From the IMG/VR virus record IMGVR_UViG_3300035696_001272: a stretch of DNA of 64,000 nucleotides. The stretch is one strand, 5' to 3'. Source of the DNA: a virus. Taxonomy: Duplodnaviria > Heunggongvirae > Uroviricota > Caudoviricetes. This document shows positions 47,186 to 58,197 of the stretch, piece after piece. Position 1 is the first letter of the stretch, and the number at the start of each line of letters is the position of its first letter. Under the pieces are notes generated by a model. The model was not told where the DNA came from and made no database searches. It saw nothing but the letters and a program-made list of their open reading frames with translations. Both the position numbers and the translations under genes were made by a program.

Positions 47186-49135
47186 ATGGTCCACTACGCT
47201 AATCCCATATTAAGTGGTTTAAATAACGCTTTATCACTGGGTGACGGATATTCTGTCACCTTGCAGTGGTTTATTGCCTATCCCGTTAATCCGAACAACA
47301 AAATAGCGTACCATATTTACTACTCCACAGCACAAGATACCGTGTTTGATGAAGGCGTCAAATTTGTGGTCATCGATGGCTCGGTAACAGCCAACATTGT
47401 TGATCTGACGCCAGGTCAAGACTATTGGTTTTCGATGAGACCGGTCGAATATGACCCAACTGTCATTACTTTCCTTCAAAATTTGCCGATCGCACATGAT
47501 AACTTGAGATTTTATCCAAGCAGTATGTTGCGAAGGGATATGACTGCCACAGATTTGATCGTTCCTCTTCTTGATGTAGCCGGATTTCCAAGTTCTGGTA
47601 TTGTCCAAGTCGGAATTGAACTAATTCAGTACCTAGCCGTCGATCCAATCAACCAAAATTTGATTGTACCACCTGGCACTAATGGTACGCCTGCACATTT
47701 GGCCCTACAATCCAATAATCAATACTATTTACCAGGCCCGGACAACGTTGGACAAGGAAGTTTGGCTGGTATAACACTAACCAGTACCAACGCGCCAAAT
47801 GAAACATTCAAAATCCTTTGCTGCGCTGTTGATACAGATGGTTACGGCAATGTTACCACCAAATTCGAAGCTATCGGCACTGTTACTGGCAGTATTCGTG
47901 ATCAATACTCCAATGTAATCACTTGGGAAGCCAATGGCCCATCAATACCAAACGACACTCTGGAATTTTCAGTTGTAGAGACTGCGCAATTCCAGGTTGG
48001 CGATTATTTCACCGTACAAACAATTGGTGCCACTATGGGACTTGGTGGAGGTCGAGGTTTCAACTTTACTCCGATTACTATGCACACAGTTTCGGGTTAT
48101 GACGGCTATCACACTTATAGTCCAATTGTTAGCATGATTGCTATCGAAGAAGATCTGCGTTGGGATAATATTTATGCCTGTCAAGTACGTTTTGAGTATC
48201 CTAACTTTCCATTTACTGTCGTAGATGGCTACCGTCAAGTTCCGATAGACTATTTGTCCACAGATGACTCTGCTGCTGATGCTGCTAACGTTACATTCCC
48301 AATGTACGACTATGCAGGCTATCACAGAACTGATCCTGTGCAACTCTTGGACGGCACTTGTGTCGGAAGCTATATCGGAGGAGAAATGGGATGTATTGAT
48401 GCCTATGGCAACTACAACATCTATCGTGGATTCTCTCTACAAGATCAAAACACGCAGAGAGAAGATGTTCTCTTATCTGTCACTGGACAACCAGCCGTTC
48501 TTATCAAGAGAGTTCAAACGGGCATCACTTGTTCTTGTTATCTAGCATCTAGTGAGTATCCAGACGATCGTTGTCCATTCTGTTATGGTACCAAGTTCGT
48601 GTTTGGTTATGAACAATACTTTAACCCACGTCAATCAGACGGTCGTATCCAAATTAGACTTGGACCAACTGCTGAAAATCTTAAAATGCACGAAGCTGGT
48701 TTGGAATCTGAGTTCCCTCTAGATATTTGGACATTGACTGTGCCAACTATCAAAACCAGAGATGTATTAGTTGTATTCGATCAAGATGACAACGAATCAT
48801 TCCGATACGAAGTTTCAGACGTTATCCGTAACCAAACTATTCTAGGTTTGGATGGCGGTCAGCATCTTAGAACTTTTAGAGTTAGAAAGACCGATCCGAT
48901 CTATCAGATTCGTATCTTTAGAAATACTGCTGACTTCCCAAGTACACTAAATACCAGTTTGGCATTCGTACCAGGAATTCCGCCTCATAGCCACACAGTT
49001 GTCGTAAATGAAAAAGTTTTGTCGGTAAGCCAAATCAATCAAACCACTGGACTTACGCAGGGACATAACCATCCAATTGTAAATGGTGTTGTTCAGACGG
49101 TTTTGGGCCATACTCATCAAATAATCTTGCCATAA
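47186..49135 (+). CDS. multidomain neck/head-closure protein
   Basis: FN3-like N-terminus (YHIYYS...LTPGQDYWF), sheath-like domain, GQPAVLIKR..TGITCSC...CPFCYGT, His-rich C-terminus. Confidence 0.55.
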   Translation: MVHYANPILSGLNNALSLGDGYSVTLQWFIAYPVNPNNKIAYHIYYSTAQDTVFDEGVKFVVIDGSVTANIVDLTPGQDYWFSMRPVEYDPTVITFLQNLPIAHDNLRFYPSSMLRRDMTATDLIVPLLDVAGFPSSGIVQVGIELIQYLAVDPINQNLIVPPGTNGTPAHLALQSNNQYYLPGPDNVGQGSLAGITLTSTNAPNETFKILCCAVDTDGYGNVTTKFEAIGTVTGSIRDQYSNVITWEANGPSIPNDTLEFSVVETAQFQVGDYFTVQTIGATMGLGGGRGFNFTPITMHTVSGYDGYHTYSPIVSMIAIEEDLRWDNIYACQVRFEYPNFPFTVVDGYRQVPIDYLSTDDSAADAANVTFPMYDYAGYHRTDPVQLLDGTCVGSYIGGEMGCIDAYGNYNIYRGFSLQDQNTQREDVLLSVTGQPAVLIKRVQTGITCSCYLASSEYPDDRCPFCYGTKFVFGYEQYFNPRQSDGRIQIRLGPTAENLKMHEAGLESEFPLDIWTLTVPTIKTRDVLVVFDQDDNESFRYEVSDVIRNQTILGLDGGQHLRTFRVRKTDPIYQIRIFRNTADFPSTLNTSLAFVPGIPPHSHTVVVNEKVLSVSQINQTTGLTQGHNHPIVNGVVQTVLGHTHQIILP

Positions 49136-49165
49136 ATCTGCATACTAGCGTAAAAGAGAAAAATA

Positions 49166-50788
49166 ATGCCTGATAGCCAAAACCCACAAGTTCCAAATTT
49201 CGTTCCAGGTGTCGGTAGACTGGTCACCGATCGTTTCGACTTTGAAGCGCATGTAGATGGTCAGTCATTTAGACACAATGCCACTATGATTGACCTGTTT
49301 CCAACATTGGTCATCAATAGTACTACTGTTACGACTGTGCAGCAAGCATTACAGGCTTTGGTTGGCATTTTAACTGTACCTACCGTACCTCAAGCAACTA
49401 TAGGAACGGGTACTGGCAACTTGGGTATTGTCACTTTGGGTGGAGATTTTGCTGGCACTGGTTCCAGTGCCCTATCTCCAAAAGTAGGAGGCATTCAAGG
49501 AATTCCAATCCAAAATGCTATTCCAACTCTCGGACAAGTATTGGCCTTCAATGGAAGTGCTTGGGCTCCTGCTACAGCCCCTCCTCCAGGCGGATCTGCT
49601 GGTGGTGACTTATCTGGATCTTATCCAAACCCAACCGTGGCAAAATTGCAAGGTACTTCTGTTTCTTCTGCTGTACCAACTCTTAATCAGTTGCTACAGT
49701 TCAACGGAACTTCTTGGACACCGACCACAATATCTTCATTGCCTCCAAGTGGTGCAGCCGGTGGCGATCTTTCTGGAACCTATCCAAATCCAACTGTAGC
49801 AAAATTGCAAGGAACTTCTGTTTCTTCCGCTCCTCCATCTGCATCTCAAGCCTTGGTTTATAATGGAACTGCATGGGCTCCTTCAAGCGCTCTTACGGGT
49901 AAAGCCTACTACGGAACTCACGCTGATGGTAATGCAACATTCGATGGTACTTCTACCGTTTTAGGTCTAGTGCCAAACGCTGCCCAAACTTATTTTATGA
50001 CGGCCAATATTGAGTGCTCAAACATGACAATCAATCCTGGTGTTACTGTTGTCACTCAGGGATTTATCATCATGTGTACCGGTCTATTGACAGTTAACGG
50101 TATAATAGATAACTCTGGTACTGCTGCTAGTGGTACCACACAAGGTACTGGAGCTTTCTGGACTTTCATGGGTGGTGGTTCTGATGGCGGTTCTGGTTCA
50201 CATTTTAGCGCACAACAGTCTGGTGTAAGTTTTACTACTGTTGGTACAAATAACAACGTAGCTTTGGGTGGTCAGGGTGGAATGGGTGGTAATATCTCTA
50301 ATTTGGGTGGAGCAACCAACAACCCAATCGGTGCCAGCACACTTGTTTGGAGAGCGGATCATCTAGATTTGGGTAGCATACTCATGTCATCAAGAATATT
50401 CAATGCTGGTTTGGCTGGTGCCGGATCAACTGGTGCTGCTAGCCTAATTTCTTTTGGTGGTGGTACTGGCGGCGGTGGTGGAGCTTCACCTGGCGGTGGT
50501 CCACCAGTTGACGGAGGTGGTGGTGGCGGTGGTGGAGGTATTATTTTGATCTTTGCCAGCGCAATTACTGGAACCGGTACAATTCAAGCAAATGGTGGCA
50601 ATGGAGCTAATGCTACAGCCGTACAATGGGCTGGTGGTGGAGGCGGTGGCGGTGGTGTTATTATAATTGTTTCTGGAACTTATTCTTTCACCGGACTAGT
50701 TGTCCCAGCACCAGGAATGGGTGGCACCGGTCCAATGGGAGCAGGAATGATGGGATTTCCAGGGTTTGTTGCTTTGATTCAAGGATAA
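49166..50788 (+). CDS. Gly-rich fibre protein
   Basis: AGGDLSG.YPNPTVAKLQGTSVSS repeated; Gly-rich C-terminal domain. Confidence 0.7.
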   Translation: MPDSQNPQVPNFVPGVGRLVTDRFDFEAHVDGQSFRHNATMIDLFPTLVINSTTVTTVQQALQALVGILTVPTVPQATIGTGTGNLGIVTLGGDFAGTGSSALSPKVGGIQGIPIQNAIPTLGQVLAFNGSAWAPATAPPPGGSAGGDLSGSYPNPTVAKLQGTSVSSAVPTLNQLLQFNGTSWTPTTISSLPPSGAAGGDLSGTYPNPTVAKLQGTSVSSAPPSASQALVYNGTAWAPSSALTGKAYYGTHADGNATFDGTSTVLGLVPNAAQTYFMTANIECSNMTINPGVTVVTQGFIIMCTGLLTVNGIIDNSGTAASGTTQGTGAFWTFMGGGSDGGSGSHFSAQQSGVSFTTVGTNNNVALGGQGGMGGNISNLGGATNNPIGASTLVWRADHLDLGSILMSSRIFNAGLAGAGSTGAASLISFGGGTGGGGGASPGGGPPVDGGGGGGGGGIILIFASAITGTGTIQANGGNGANATAVQWAGGGGGGGGVIIIVSGTYSFTGLVVPAPGMGGTGPMGAGMMGFPGFVALIQG

Positions 50789-50832
50789 TTCTGCTTATAT
50801 TACTTGTTTCGCATTAGTAATAAGGAGTTTTT

Positions 50833-51294
50833 ATGGATCCAATTCTGCAAGTTTTGCTGAGCTGGCAGTTTGTCCTCTTTGGATTAGCTGTTGCCGCAGT
50901 AATGTATGTTATTCGATTGATTGTTGAATATATAGCTTCGGTTCTCAAGAAAGATCTTTCAACATCTAATCTTTGGAATAATCTACTTCTACCAATTCTG
51001 CCCGTCTTTTTTGGTGTTGCTGCAGCGATCGTACTCAAAAAGTTCCCATATCCTGGATTTACTCCAGATATCCATGGTGTAGTTGCTAGAGGTGATAGAA
51101 TTATTTTCGGATTAGTAGCCGGATTATTCTCTACAGTGATGTATCGTGTAATTAAGTCTTTACTTTATCAGAAACTAACGTCTGCAGTTCAAAATCTTAC
51201 TCCAACAGTTGTTGCACCAGGTACTACAACTACAATTACAACAACTACTGGACAAATACCACTAAATCAATTGCCTCCAAGAGGTCAGGTCTGA
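50833..51294 (+). CDS. membrane protein (holin-like, about 3 TM)
   Basis: AAGGAG RBS; three hydrophobic helices. Confidence 0.55.
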   Translation: MDPILQVLLSWQFVLFGLAVAAVMYVIRLIVEYIASVLKKDLSTSNLWNNLLLPILPVFFGVAAAIVLKKFPYPGFTPDIHGVVARGDRIIFGLVAGLFSTVMYRVIKSLLYQKLTSAVQNLTPTVVAPGTTTTITTTTGQIPLNQLPPRGQV

Positions 51295-51319
51295 TACTTT
51301 TTAGTTATATATGGTGAAT

Positions 51320-54300
51320 ATGAGCAATTATCCAAATGCTTTTGATGACGACAGCACACTTCCAGCTGTAAATGACAATATCGATCAGATTGGTGGCGAT
51401 GCCATTAATGCGCTGAGAGATGCTGTTATGCAAATTGAGATGACTCTTGGAATTAATGTCCAAGGTACGACTCCAAATTTGGCAACTCGTCTACTCACCC
51501 TAATTAACCTAGATGGCAGCCCAAATATTGCTACCTTCACCAGCCTAGGTCTAGTAACCCTTCCAATCTTTAACTTTCAAGTTGCTGATAATGCTGGTAT
51601 CGTAGAATCTAAGCTCACTCTAGACTATCCAACACAAACTCTTTATAACTACATTAGAGACCTATCCAGAGATGTCAATTTGGCACTTGGCTGGATCTCA
51701 GTTACTGGTGTTAAACTAGAGCCTCATCTTATTGGTGTTATCTATCGCCACAATCTATTACAAATTGATGTTGGAGAAAGTCCAGCCCAATTTTTGAATA
51801 ACGTCTTTAGAGTTGCTAGAAATAATACAGACGCTTATACTTTAATCAGTGATATCAACAATGAACTATTGGCTCACCAATGGGCAGATGGTTCGCCATT
51901 CGGCACTATTCAGAATATTACAACCAACAACGGTTCAACATATCCATCCAATTATGCTCACGTAGCTAGCGGTATCTATGTTAACACTAGCAGATTTGCA
52001 GTAATTCCTCAAACGGACACTGATGCACAATCAATATTTGAATACTTTGACAGCAACAGTCTCTTCCTCTTGGGTACTAGAATCCAGAACCTTTACGGTA
52101 ATGGCATCTCCAAGCACTCCACCTCTTCTAGCTTAACAACTGATGGCTATGGACAGCCACTAGTTCCAGTTACTGCGGCCATTGCGTTCTTGAGAGGCAT
52201 GGGTAATAACAGTATTCCAATCGATGATATCGCTATCGGTGATGATATCATTCAATTCCTGCCATCTTCTTCAGTAACCAGCAATAACTCATTCGATGAG
52301 CAATTCGCTCTCGTTAAAGTTGGTGACATTATCAGAGTTAACTATGCTGGTGATGGATACAATATAGAAGTTCCGTTCGTCATCTCTGAGAAAAAATACA
52401 TTCAAGGTGGTGGCAACAAGATTTTCATTGTCAGAATTGCTGGCAAGAATATCATGTATTCTCCAAATGCTACAGCTCGCATCGATAGAGATCTGTACAA
52501 CATCAACAAGTATGGTGTATTGGCTGTTGCTTCAGGTGCAGCTGCCAACTCTTCTGGAACTTCTCTAACAGGACTTATCCCAAGCTTGATTGTAGCTGCT
52601 CCAAGAGGAGCCCAAGCTCTAGGCGTCAATTTTAGTCCGGATCAATTCAACGAATCGCACTATCTGTTGTATCTAGCTTTGTTCACTGACGGTAATCCTC
52701 TAGATGGATACACCATACTACCAGGAATCGACGTCACTGGAAACCGAGGTACTACACCAGGTTCCTATACACTAGATTCTATCGTCACCGCCACTAACAA
52801 TGCTTTTAGACAGCCTGGCTTCAACTATCGATTCATTGCCTTCGAATATCAAGGCGAATTCGGTATCATGTTGGCCGATTCCATAAACAATGCTTCGTTC
52901 TCAATAATTAGCGCTGTGGTCAATGGAAGTGGTTATGATCAGGCCAATACACAACTAAACTTCCCTAACAACGTTATCGATGTCTTTCCAGTTACTGGTA
53001 CTGTGGCGTTGGATCCATTGGGTTTTGGTCCTGCCAACGCGGGTATCGCAAGCCCACCATTCCAGATGTCATACATCACGGCTGAACAAGCTCAGTTCCC
53101 AACTATCTTGTTGCCACCACTTAGACGTAATAACTACTATGTTGATGGAACCGAACGTGAATTGCTCAACTTAGACGTTGGCCAGGTGTTGGACACCTAC
53201 GGTGATGGTTATTGGGTTGCTACTGTTGATGGTTATTCAAACAACCCAGGTCCACCAGGACATACTACGGTTACTTACAATATCCCACTAGATTTGTCAG
53301 CTTCCGGATTGAAGATAGGCAAGACTTTAATTGTCCAGCAATTAGGAAACAATCTAGGATTGGTCAACTACGGTCGTTTCATTATCCAGAATGTTACATT
53401 CAGCTGCTGTCCACCAATTGAAACTCAAATCACTGTATATGACGGTGTTCATGCCACCGGCGTTTCACCATCCATAGTCGCTCCAATCGGATCCCAAGTA
53501 GCTATCTACTTCAGTTCATCTTCTGTATCTTTCAATGCTGAGACTGCCACGGATTTCTCTCCAGTTAGCGCTCCATTCAAGAGACACTTCGAACTTTACG
53601 TTGATGATAATGGCAACACTTACACTCACGAAAGAGGCAGACTCAGTATTACTGGTAATGTCGTTGTTAACGGAGTAACTCTATACAACAGTTTGCCACA
53701 GTTGGGACAACTTGATATGGTTAGCATCTCTCCAAAGTTGAGAGGATATCAATTTGGTTCTGTTAACAAAATTACGCTACAAATATCCAGCTTCAACTCC
53801 ACTACCGGTATCCTTACTGCTAATTTGGCTGAGTTTAATGGAGGCCCATTCTCAAGACCGGGCCCAGTCACTTCTGGTAAGGTCGGTGAAGTAATCAAGT
53901 TCTACGATGAAACGAACATCGATTATATCGAAGTCATCTTTGAGTTTGGTAATACTATTCCAACTTTCTCTAACCAATATATTGATTTCCAGTTGTTCCC
54001 AAGCCTAGCCTTGGATGGCGAGATCATGATACTCGCTTCTTGTCAAGAGCGTACCGATACGAATATCGTTGACCACATTGTAGATCTACGACAGTTCGGA
54101 AATATTACTGAAAACGAACTAAGCACTTCTGCTCTCAATTTGATATCGGCATCTGACAGACTGTTACATTTCAATGGTGTAATCAGAGGATTTGATGCTA
54201 CAGTGGCAGGGGGTTATGCAACCAGCGGATTACTTACTCTAACAGGTGGATTGGCTCTGGCCAATGGTGATTTGCTGTCCATTAACGATCAAATATTCAC

Positions 54301-57229
54301 TGTACCACCACTTCAAGAAACATATCTCTCCGTTATGTACCCGATCAACTACGCTTTGTGCGTTAATTCGGGTGGTGAGCTAGTTACTATCGTACTCACA
54401 GACTATGACCCTGTTTTGGGAACACCAAATGCTCCAACCAGAGTGGTCACTGTCACTAACGTAGTTTCTTCTACCTCATACGAAGTCGATTCCAACACTT
54501 TCTCTTACATCCTCAACAATAGAAAGGATTTGACAGTCCTTTACATTGTCTCGTCAGTAGTAACTGGAACTGGAAGTTCAGCAACTACTGCGCTCACTAT
54601 CCGTGATGTTAGAAGATTCGTTAACGACTCTGATTCCAGCGTTCCTGCCGTTTTGACTAGCGACAACTCGCAAGGTAACTTCAAGACACTCGCTGCCGCT
54701 CTAAATTGGCTCAAATTTAACGCTGCTTTCCAAGACCAGCTACAGGTTAAGGGCGCATTCGCAATATCTACCGATCCTGGTTTGAATTTCCCGCTGTACA
54801 TCAGTGGTGGTGGTTCAACAGCAAGCTTAACATTCAATACTACCATGAATATGTCAAACGTTACATTCAACAATGTAACTGTAGTATTCAACGGAGCACT
54901 AACTGCAACTAACGTCACCTTCAATAACTGCAATATCACTTTCAATGCAGCAACTACACTAACTAATGTCATTATCGACCCGTCTGTAGTTAATGTCGCC
55001 GGTTTGGTGACCGTTTCACAAACATCAATCCTAAATTCGACTGTCAATGTCAGCGTTACACAAGGATTTGCCCTTGGTTCAACCAACACTTTCGCTGGCT
55101 CGACTTTCAACTACACTGCCAACCCAGTAGGTGGCGGCGGTTACAGCACTTCTGATTTGGTCAATGCCGGATCAGGTATGATGTATGCCAACGTTACTAC
55201 TTCACTTGGTGGATTGACCGTTAGAAAGTGTACTTTCAACAACACTCTAGCCGATCACTTTCCATTCATTAGCTTGCAGCTCGGTGGAGCCATGGCCCCA
55301 TTTGCTTACAGCGCAATTGTTCGTGGAATAGATATCGACGACAACCAATTCAACAACCTGTTCGTTGGTAATGATCGCAGAGCCGTAATCGCTATTACAT
55401 CTACTATCACCGCAGCTCCTCCAGCCAGCAGTTACCCGGCGTTTCCAAAATTGGTGGATGTCAGCATTACTGACAACGTTTGCAACTATGATCAGATGAT
55501 CCTATTGTCCACCGTTAGAATTGCCGGTTCGCCAATCACTGGCTCTATGTTGACCTGTGTGGACTGTACCATTCAAGACAACGTTTGCGGTGTAATTGGT
55601 TACATGACTGCTTCCGATGTAATTTCCAGCGGAGACAACTCGGAGACTGCCAATCTTGGAGCTATCCGAGACAAGATTGACCAGCTGGTTATCCAACACA
55701 ACACCTGTAAACTGATTACCAACTTGGATTCAGTAGGACAGTACATCGCCTTCAATACTTCTGAACAAGCAACTCCTGTAGATTGGGTCAAGGTCGGAAC
55801 TGGTGCTGTTACCATAGAGAAAAATGCAAGCAGCTGGATTCTAGTCGGAGCTTCAAATTGGAGCCAAAACACTGCAGTCTATACAAATCTTAATGGTGAG
55901 GGAGCAATCATTTCCAAGAACAGGCTCTCAGCATACAACTCTGCCTTCTTGAATGCTTATCAAGACGTCAACAACAGCGGACTCGTACCTCCAAATATTG
56001 CTATCCATCTAAGATACGATGCTTATCAGCAATCTGATTTTAACATTACCCAAAGCGTCATCAATGATAATATCATTGATTCTAGAACTTGGTTAGAGTC
56101 GGTAGGTTTCGTTTACAACACCTTTAACTATGCTATCGGTATCAAGTGTGAAAATAGCGCTAATATAATCAACAACACCATAGATCGTCCAGGACGTTCT
56201 TCTACTATGATTCTATTGGGCGGCACTGCCTCCGGTGGACCAATTATCAGATGCAATGGAAACATACTGAGCCGTGGAAGCACCATCATAGCAGCTTATT
56301 TCCAGGGCATCAACAATACCGCTATTAACAATGTTAATATCACCGGCAACACTCTTGATAGTCCAACTATCGATGGAAGCACTACCACTGTAGGCATTAA
56401 CATCTCTCCTTACTGGACATTCCACACCAACGTCAATCAAACAGCTTACCTATCTATTTCTGCAACTGATTACCAGAATTACGCATCAAGTCTTGGTCTG
56501 TCAAATGAAAATACAGCTAGCGGTGCAGTTGGAGCAGGTGGTGGACAAGGTACTTTTGGAACTGACTATAACGGAGCTTTCTATATAGATTCTAGCAACG
56601 GATTCCAAGTTGCCAGGGTAGTTGGATCTCTTAGCTTTGGTCTTGGAACAAGCTATGGTCCAGCCGCCGAGTACATGATTGTTTCTGATTACACTTACGT
56701 GCCAGCTGCTGGTGAAAGAAACTACAGCTTTACTGTTCCACTAGATCACGGCTTGCCAATGGGCGCCAAGATCATTTCTGTCACCATGGGTATTTATTTG
56801 ACACAGAACGGAGCAACCTTGGATATTTCTGCCGGTACAAATAACCAGTACACGCTGAGCTTGATACCTTATCTCCCAACCGCAACTGCCAACTCTGCAA
56901 ACGGAGTAGCAGATGTCAAGAGTAACATAAGGCTACTTGGCGGTATAACTGACGAAGCTTTGAATATCTTCGGACTTCTACAAAGTACTTTCTTTGTCGG
57001 TAGCTCTACCACATCAAATCAAAGACAAATATCAGATTTGACCAGCGCAACTCAATACATGACTATTACAGCTGCGCAGACTTCCGCAAACCAACAATGG
57101 TATACCGTGGATGGTCTCCACAGAATTGCAGCAACCTTTGATTTCAACTATAAGAGAATGGGTGGTACCACAGCCGCGCATTTCGTAACCTGGTACCTAT
57201 CTCCAATAGTTGTACAATACAGATGGTAA
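51320..57229 (+). CDS. giant virion structural protein (about 1970 aa) with beta-helix-like C-terminal half
   Basis: MSNYPNAFDDD...INALRDAVMQIE.TLG N-terminus typical of phage tail proteins; NVTFNN-type beta-helix repeats; five DGY. Confidence 0.7.
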   Translation: MSNYPNAFDDDSTLPAVNDNIDQIGGDAINALRDAVMQIEMTLGINVQGTTPNLATRLLTLINLDGSPNIATFTSLGLVTLPIFNFQVADNAGIVESKLTLDYPTQTLYNYIRDLSRDVNLALGWISVTGVKLEPHLIGVIYRHNLLQIDVGESPAQFLNNVFRVARNNTDAYTLISDINNELLAHQWADGSPFGTIQNITTNNGSTYPSNYAHVASGIYVNTSRFAVIPQTDTDAQSIFEYFDSNSLFLLGTRIQNLYGNGISKHSTSSSLTTDGYGQPLVPVTAAIAFLRGMGNNSIPIDDIAIGDDIIQFLPSSSVTSNNSFDEQFALVKVGDIIRVNYAGDGYNIEVPFVISEKKYIQGGGNKIFIVRIAGKNIMYSPNATARIDRDLYNINKYGVLAVASGAAANSSGTSLTGLIPSLIVAAPRGAQALGVNFSPDQFNESHYLLYLALFTDGNPLDGYTILPGIDVTGNRGTTPGSYTLDSIVTATNNAFRQPGFNYRFIAFEYQGEFGIMLADSINNASFSIISAVVNGSGYDQANTQLNFPNNVIDVFPVTGTVALDPLGFGPANAGIASPPFQMSYITAEQAQFPTILLPPLRRNNYYVDGTERELLNLDVGQVLDTYGDGYWVATVDGYSNNPGPPGHTTVTYNIPLDLSASGLKIGKTLIVQQLGNNLGLVNYGRFIIQNVTFSCCPPIETQITVYDGVHATGVSPSIVAPIGSQVAIYFSSSSVSFNAETATDFSPVSAPFKRHFELYVDDNGNTYTHERGRLSITGNVVVNGVTLYNSLPQLGQLDMVSISPKLRGYQFGSVNKITLQISSFNSTTGILTANLAEFNGGPFSRPGPVTSGKVGEVIKFYDETNIDYIEVIFEFGNTIPTFSNQYIDFQLFPSLALDGEIMILASCQERTDTNIVDHIVDLRQFGNITENELSTSALNLISASDRLLHFNGVIRGFDATVAGGYATSGLLTLTGGLALANGDLLSINDQIFTVPPLQETYLSVMYPINYALCVNSGGELVTIVLTDYDPVLGTPNAPTRVVTVTNVVSSTSYEVDSNTFSYILNNRKDLTVLYIVSSVVTGTGSSATTALTIRDVRRFVNDSDSSVPAVLTSDNSQGNFKTLAAALNWLKFNAAFQDQLQVKGAFAISTDPGLNFPLYISGGGSTASLTFNTTMNMSNVTFNNVTVVFNGALTATNVTFNNCNITFNAATTLTNVIIDPSVVNVAGLVTVSQTSILNSTVNVSVTQGFALGSTNTFAGSTFNYTANPVGGGGYSTSDLVNAGSGMMYANVTTSLGGLTVRKCTFNNTLADHFPFISLQLGGAMAPFAYSAIVRGIDIDDNQFNNLFVGNDRRAVIAITSTITAAPPASSYPAFPKLVDVSITDNVCNYDQMILLSTVRIAGSPITGSMLTCVDCTIQDNVCGVIGYMTASDVISSGDNSETANLGAIRDKIDQLVIQHNTCKLITNLDSVGQYIAFNTSEQATPVDWVKVGTGAVTIEKNASSWILVGASNWSQNTAVYTNLNGEGAIISKNRLSAYNSAFLNAYQDVNNSGLVPPNIAIHLRYDAYQQSDFNITQSVINDNIIDSRTWLESVGFVYNTFNYAIGIKCENSANIINNTIDRPGRSSTMILLGGTASGGPIIRCNGNILSRGSTIIAAYFQGINNTAINNVNITGNTLDSPTIDGSTTTVGINISPYWTFHTNVNQTAYLSISATDYQNYASSLGLSNENTASGAVGAGGGQGTFGTDYNGAFYIDSSNGFQVARVVGSLSFGLGTSYGPAAEYMIVSDYTYVPAAGERNYSFTVPLDHGLPMGAKIISVTMGIYLTQNGATLDISAGTNNQYTLSLIPYLPTATANSANGVADVKSNIRLLGGITDEALNIFGLLQSTFFVGSSTTSNQRQISDLTSATQYMTITAAQTSANQQWYTVDGLHRIAATFDFNYKRMGGTTAAHFVTWYLSPIVVQYRW

Positions 57230-57232
57230 ATA

Positions 57233-58060
57233 ATGGGTACTAATAATTTCTCTAAAACAGACCTGAATAATATCTACAATATCGTTCAATCTTCGATGAT
57301 AGTGTATCCAAAGGAAATCATTATTGCTACATTACGTGATTTCTTTTCACAGGATAGTTATTACCATTTTTCTAAGGATCAATGGGGATTTGCAAACACA
57401 ACAGATCACACCGATCTGCCACCCGGAGCCGACTTGCCTAGAGGGCCGGGTGCTAACCCACAATTGAACCCGAGCCCAATTCTGCCCACTCGTATCTTCA
57501 TTGGTGAAAACTGGAGATACGATGCTATTTTTTATCCTGCTATCCTGGTTAAGAGTGGCGGCACTAGATATGTACCAATTTCTATCAATCGTAACCAAGG
57601 CGGCATTGAGTTTAGTAAAATTCTCTTTGCGGATGGGTATGGTAATGAAACAGCTATCTACAGACCTGTGGCCGTCGTAACAAATGGTGCTTGGGAAGGG
57701 TCAATTTTGATAGATGTTATGAGCAGGAGTTTAAGAGCTAGAGATGATTTGGTAGAGCTAATTGGAATGTGTTTCACAGAAATACATTTCGACACACTAC
57801 ACGACATAGGCATTATAGTCAAGCCAATTACAGTCAGTGGCACAACCGAGACAGACGACCGAAACGACAAGCTATTTAGGCAAACTCTAACATTAGATAT
57901 AAGAACTGAGTGGAAGAGAGTGATACCAATAGAGAATACTATTGACTCTATTTTCTTTACAGCCACCTTTTCAGATTTGTCGCAGCCAAACAGCCCAATA
58001 GCAGCCAATCTAACTATCAATACAGAAGTTGGTATGGTGGATATGCTACTAAATATGTAA
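57233..58060 (+). CDS. putative tail completion/terminator protein
   Basis: Directly upstream of the sheath gene; YPAILVK...IDVMSRS...RDDLVE...LTLDIRTEW pattern. Confidence 0.55.
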   Translation: MGTNNFSKTDLNNIYNIVQSSMIVYPKEIIIATLRDFFSQDSYYHFSKDQWGFANTTDHTDLPPGADLPRGPGANPQLNPSPILPTRIFIGENWRYDAIFYPAILVKSGGTRYVPISINRNQGGIEFSKILFADGYGNETAIYRPVAVVTNGAWEGSILIDVMSRSLRARDDLVELIGMCFTEIHFDTLHDIGIIVKPITVSGTTETDDRNDKLFRQTLTLDIRTEWKRVIPIENTIDSIFFTATFSDLSQPNSPIAANLTINTEVGMVDMLLNM

Positions 58061-58197
58061 AATAGGGTGGGTAGATTTAGGCATAATTATAAAGTTTAAG
58101 ACCGGCAAGCCACAAAATGTGTGAATATGACTTCAAGGATAGCAATATTACTACATTTTAGTGATGCAGTCCACAAACCGAGTGAGAAGGATTTAAC

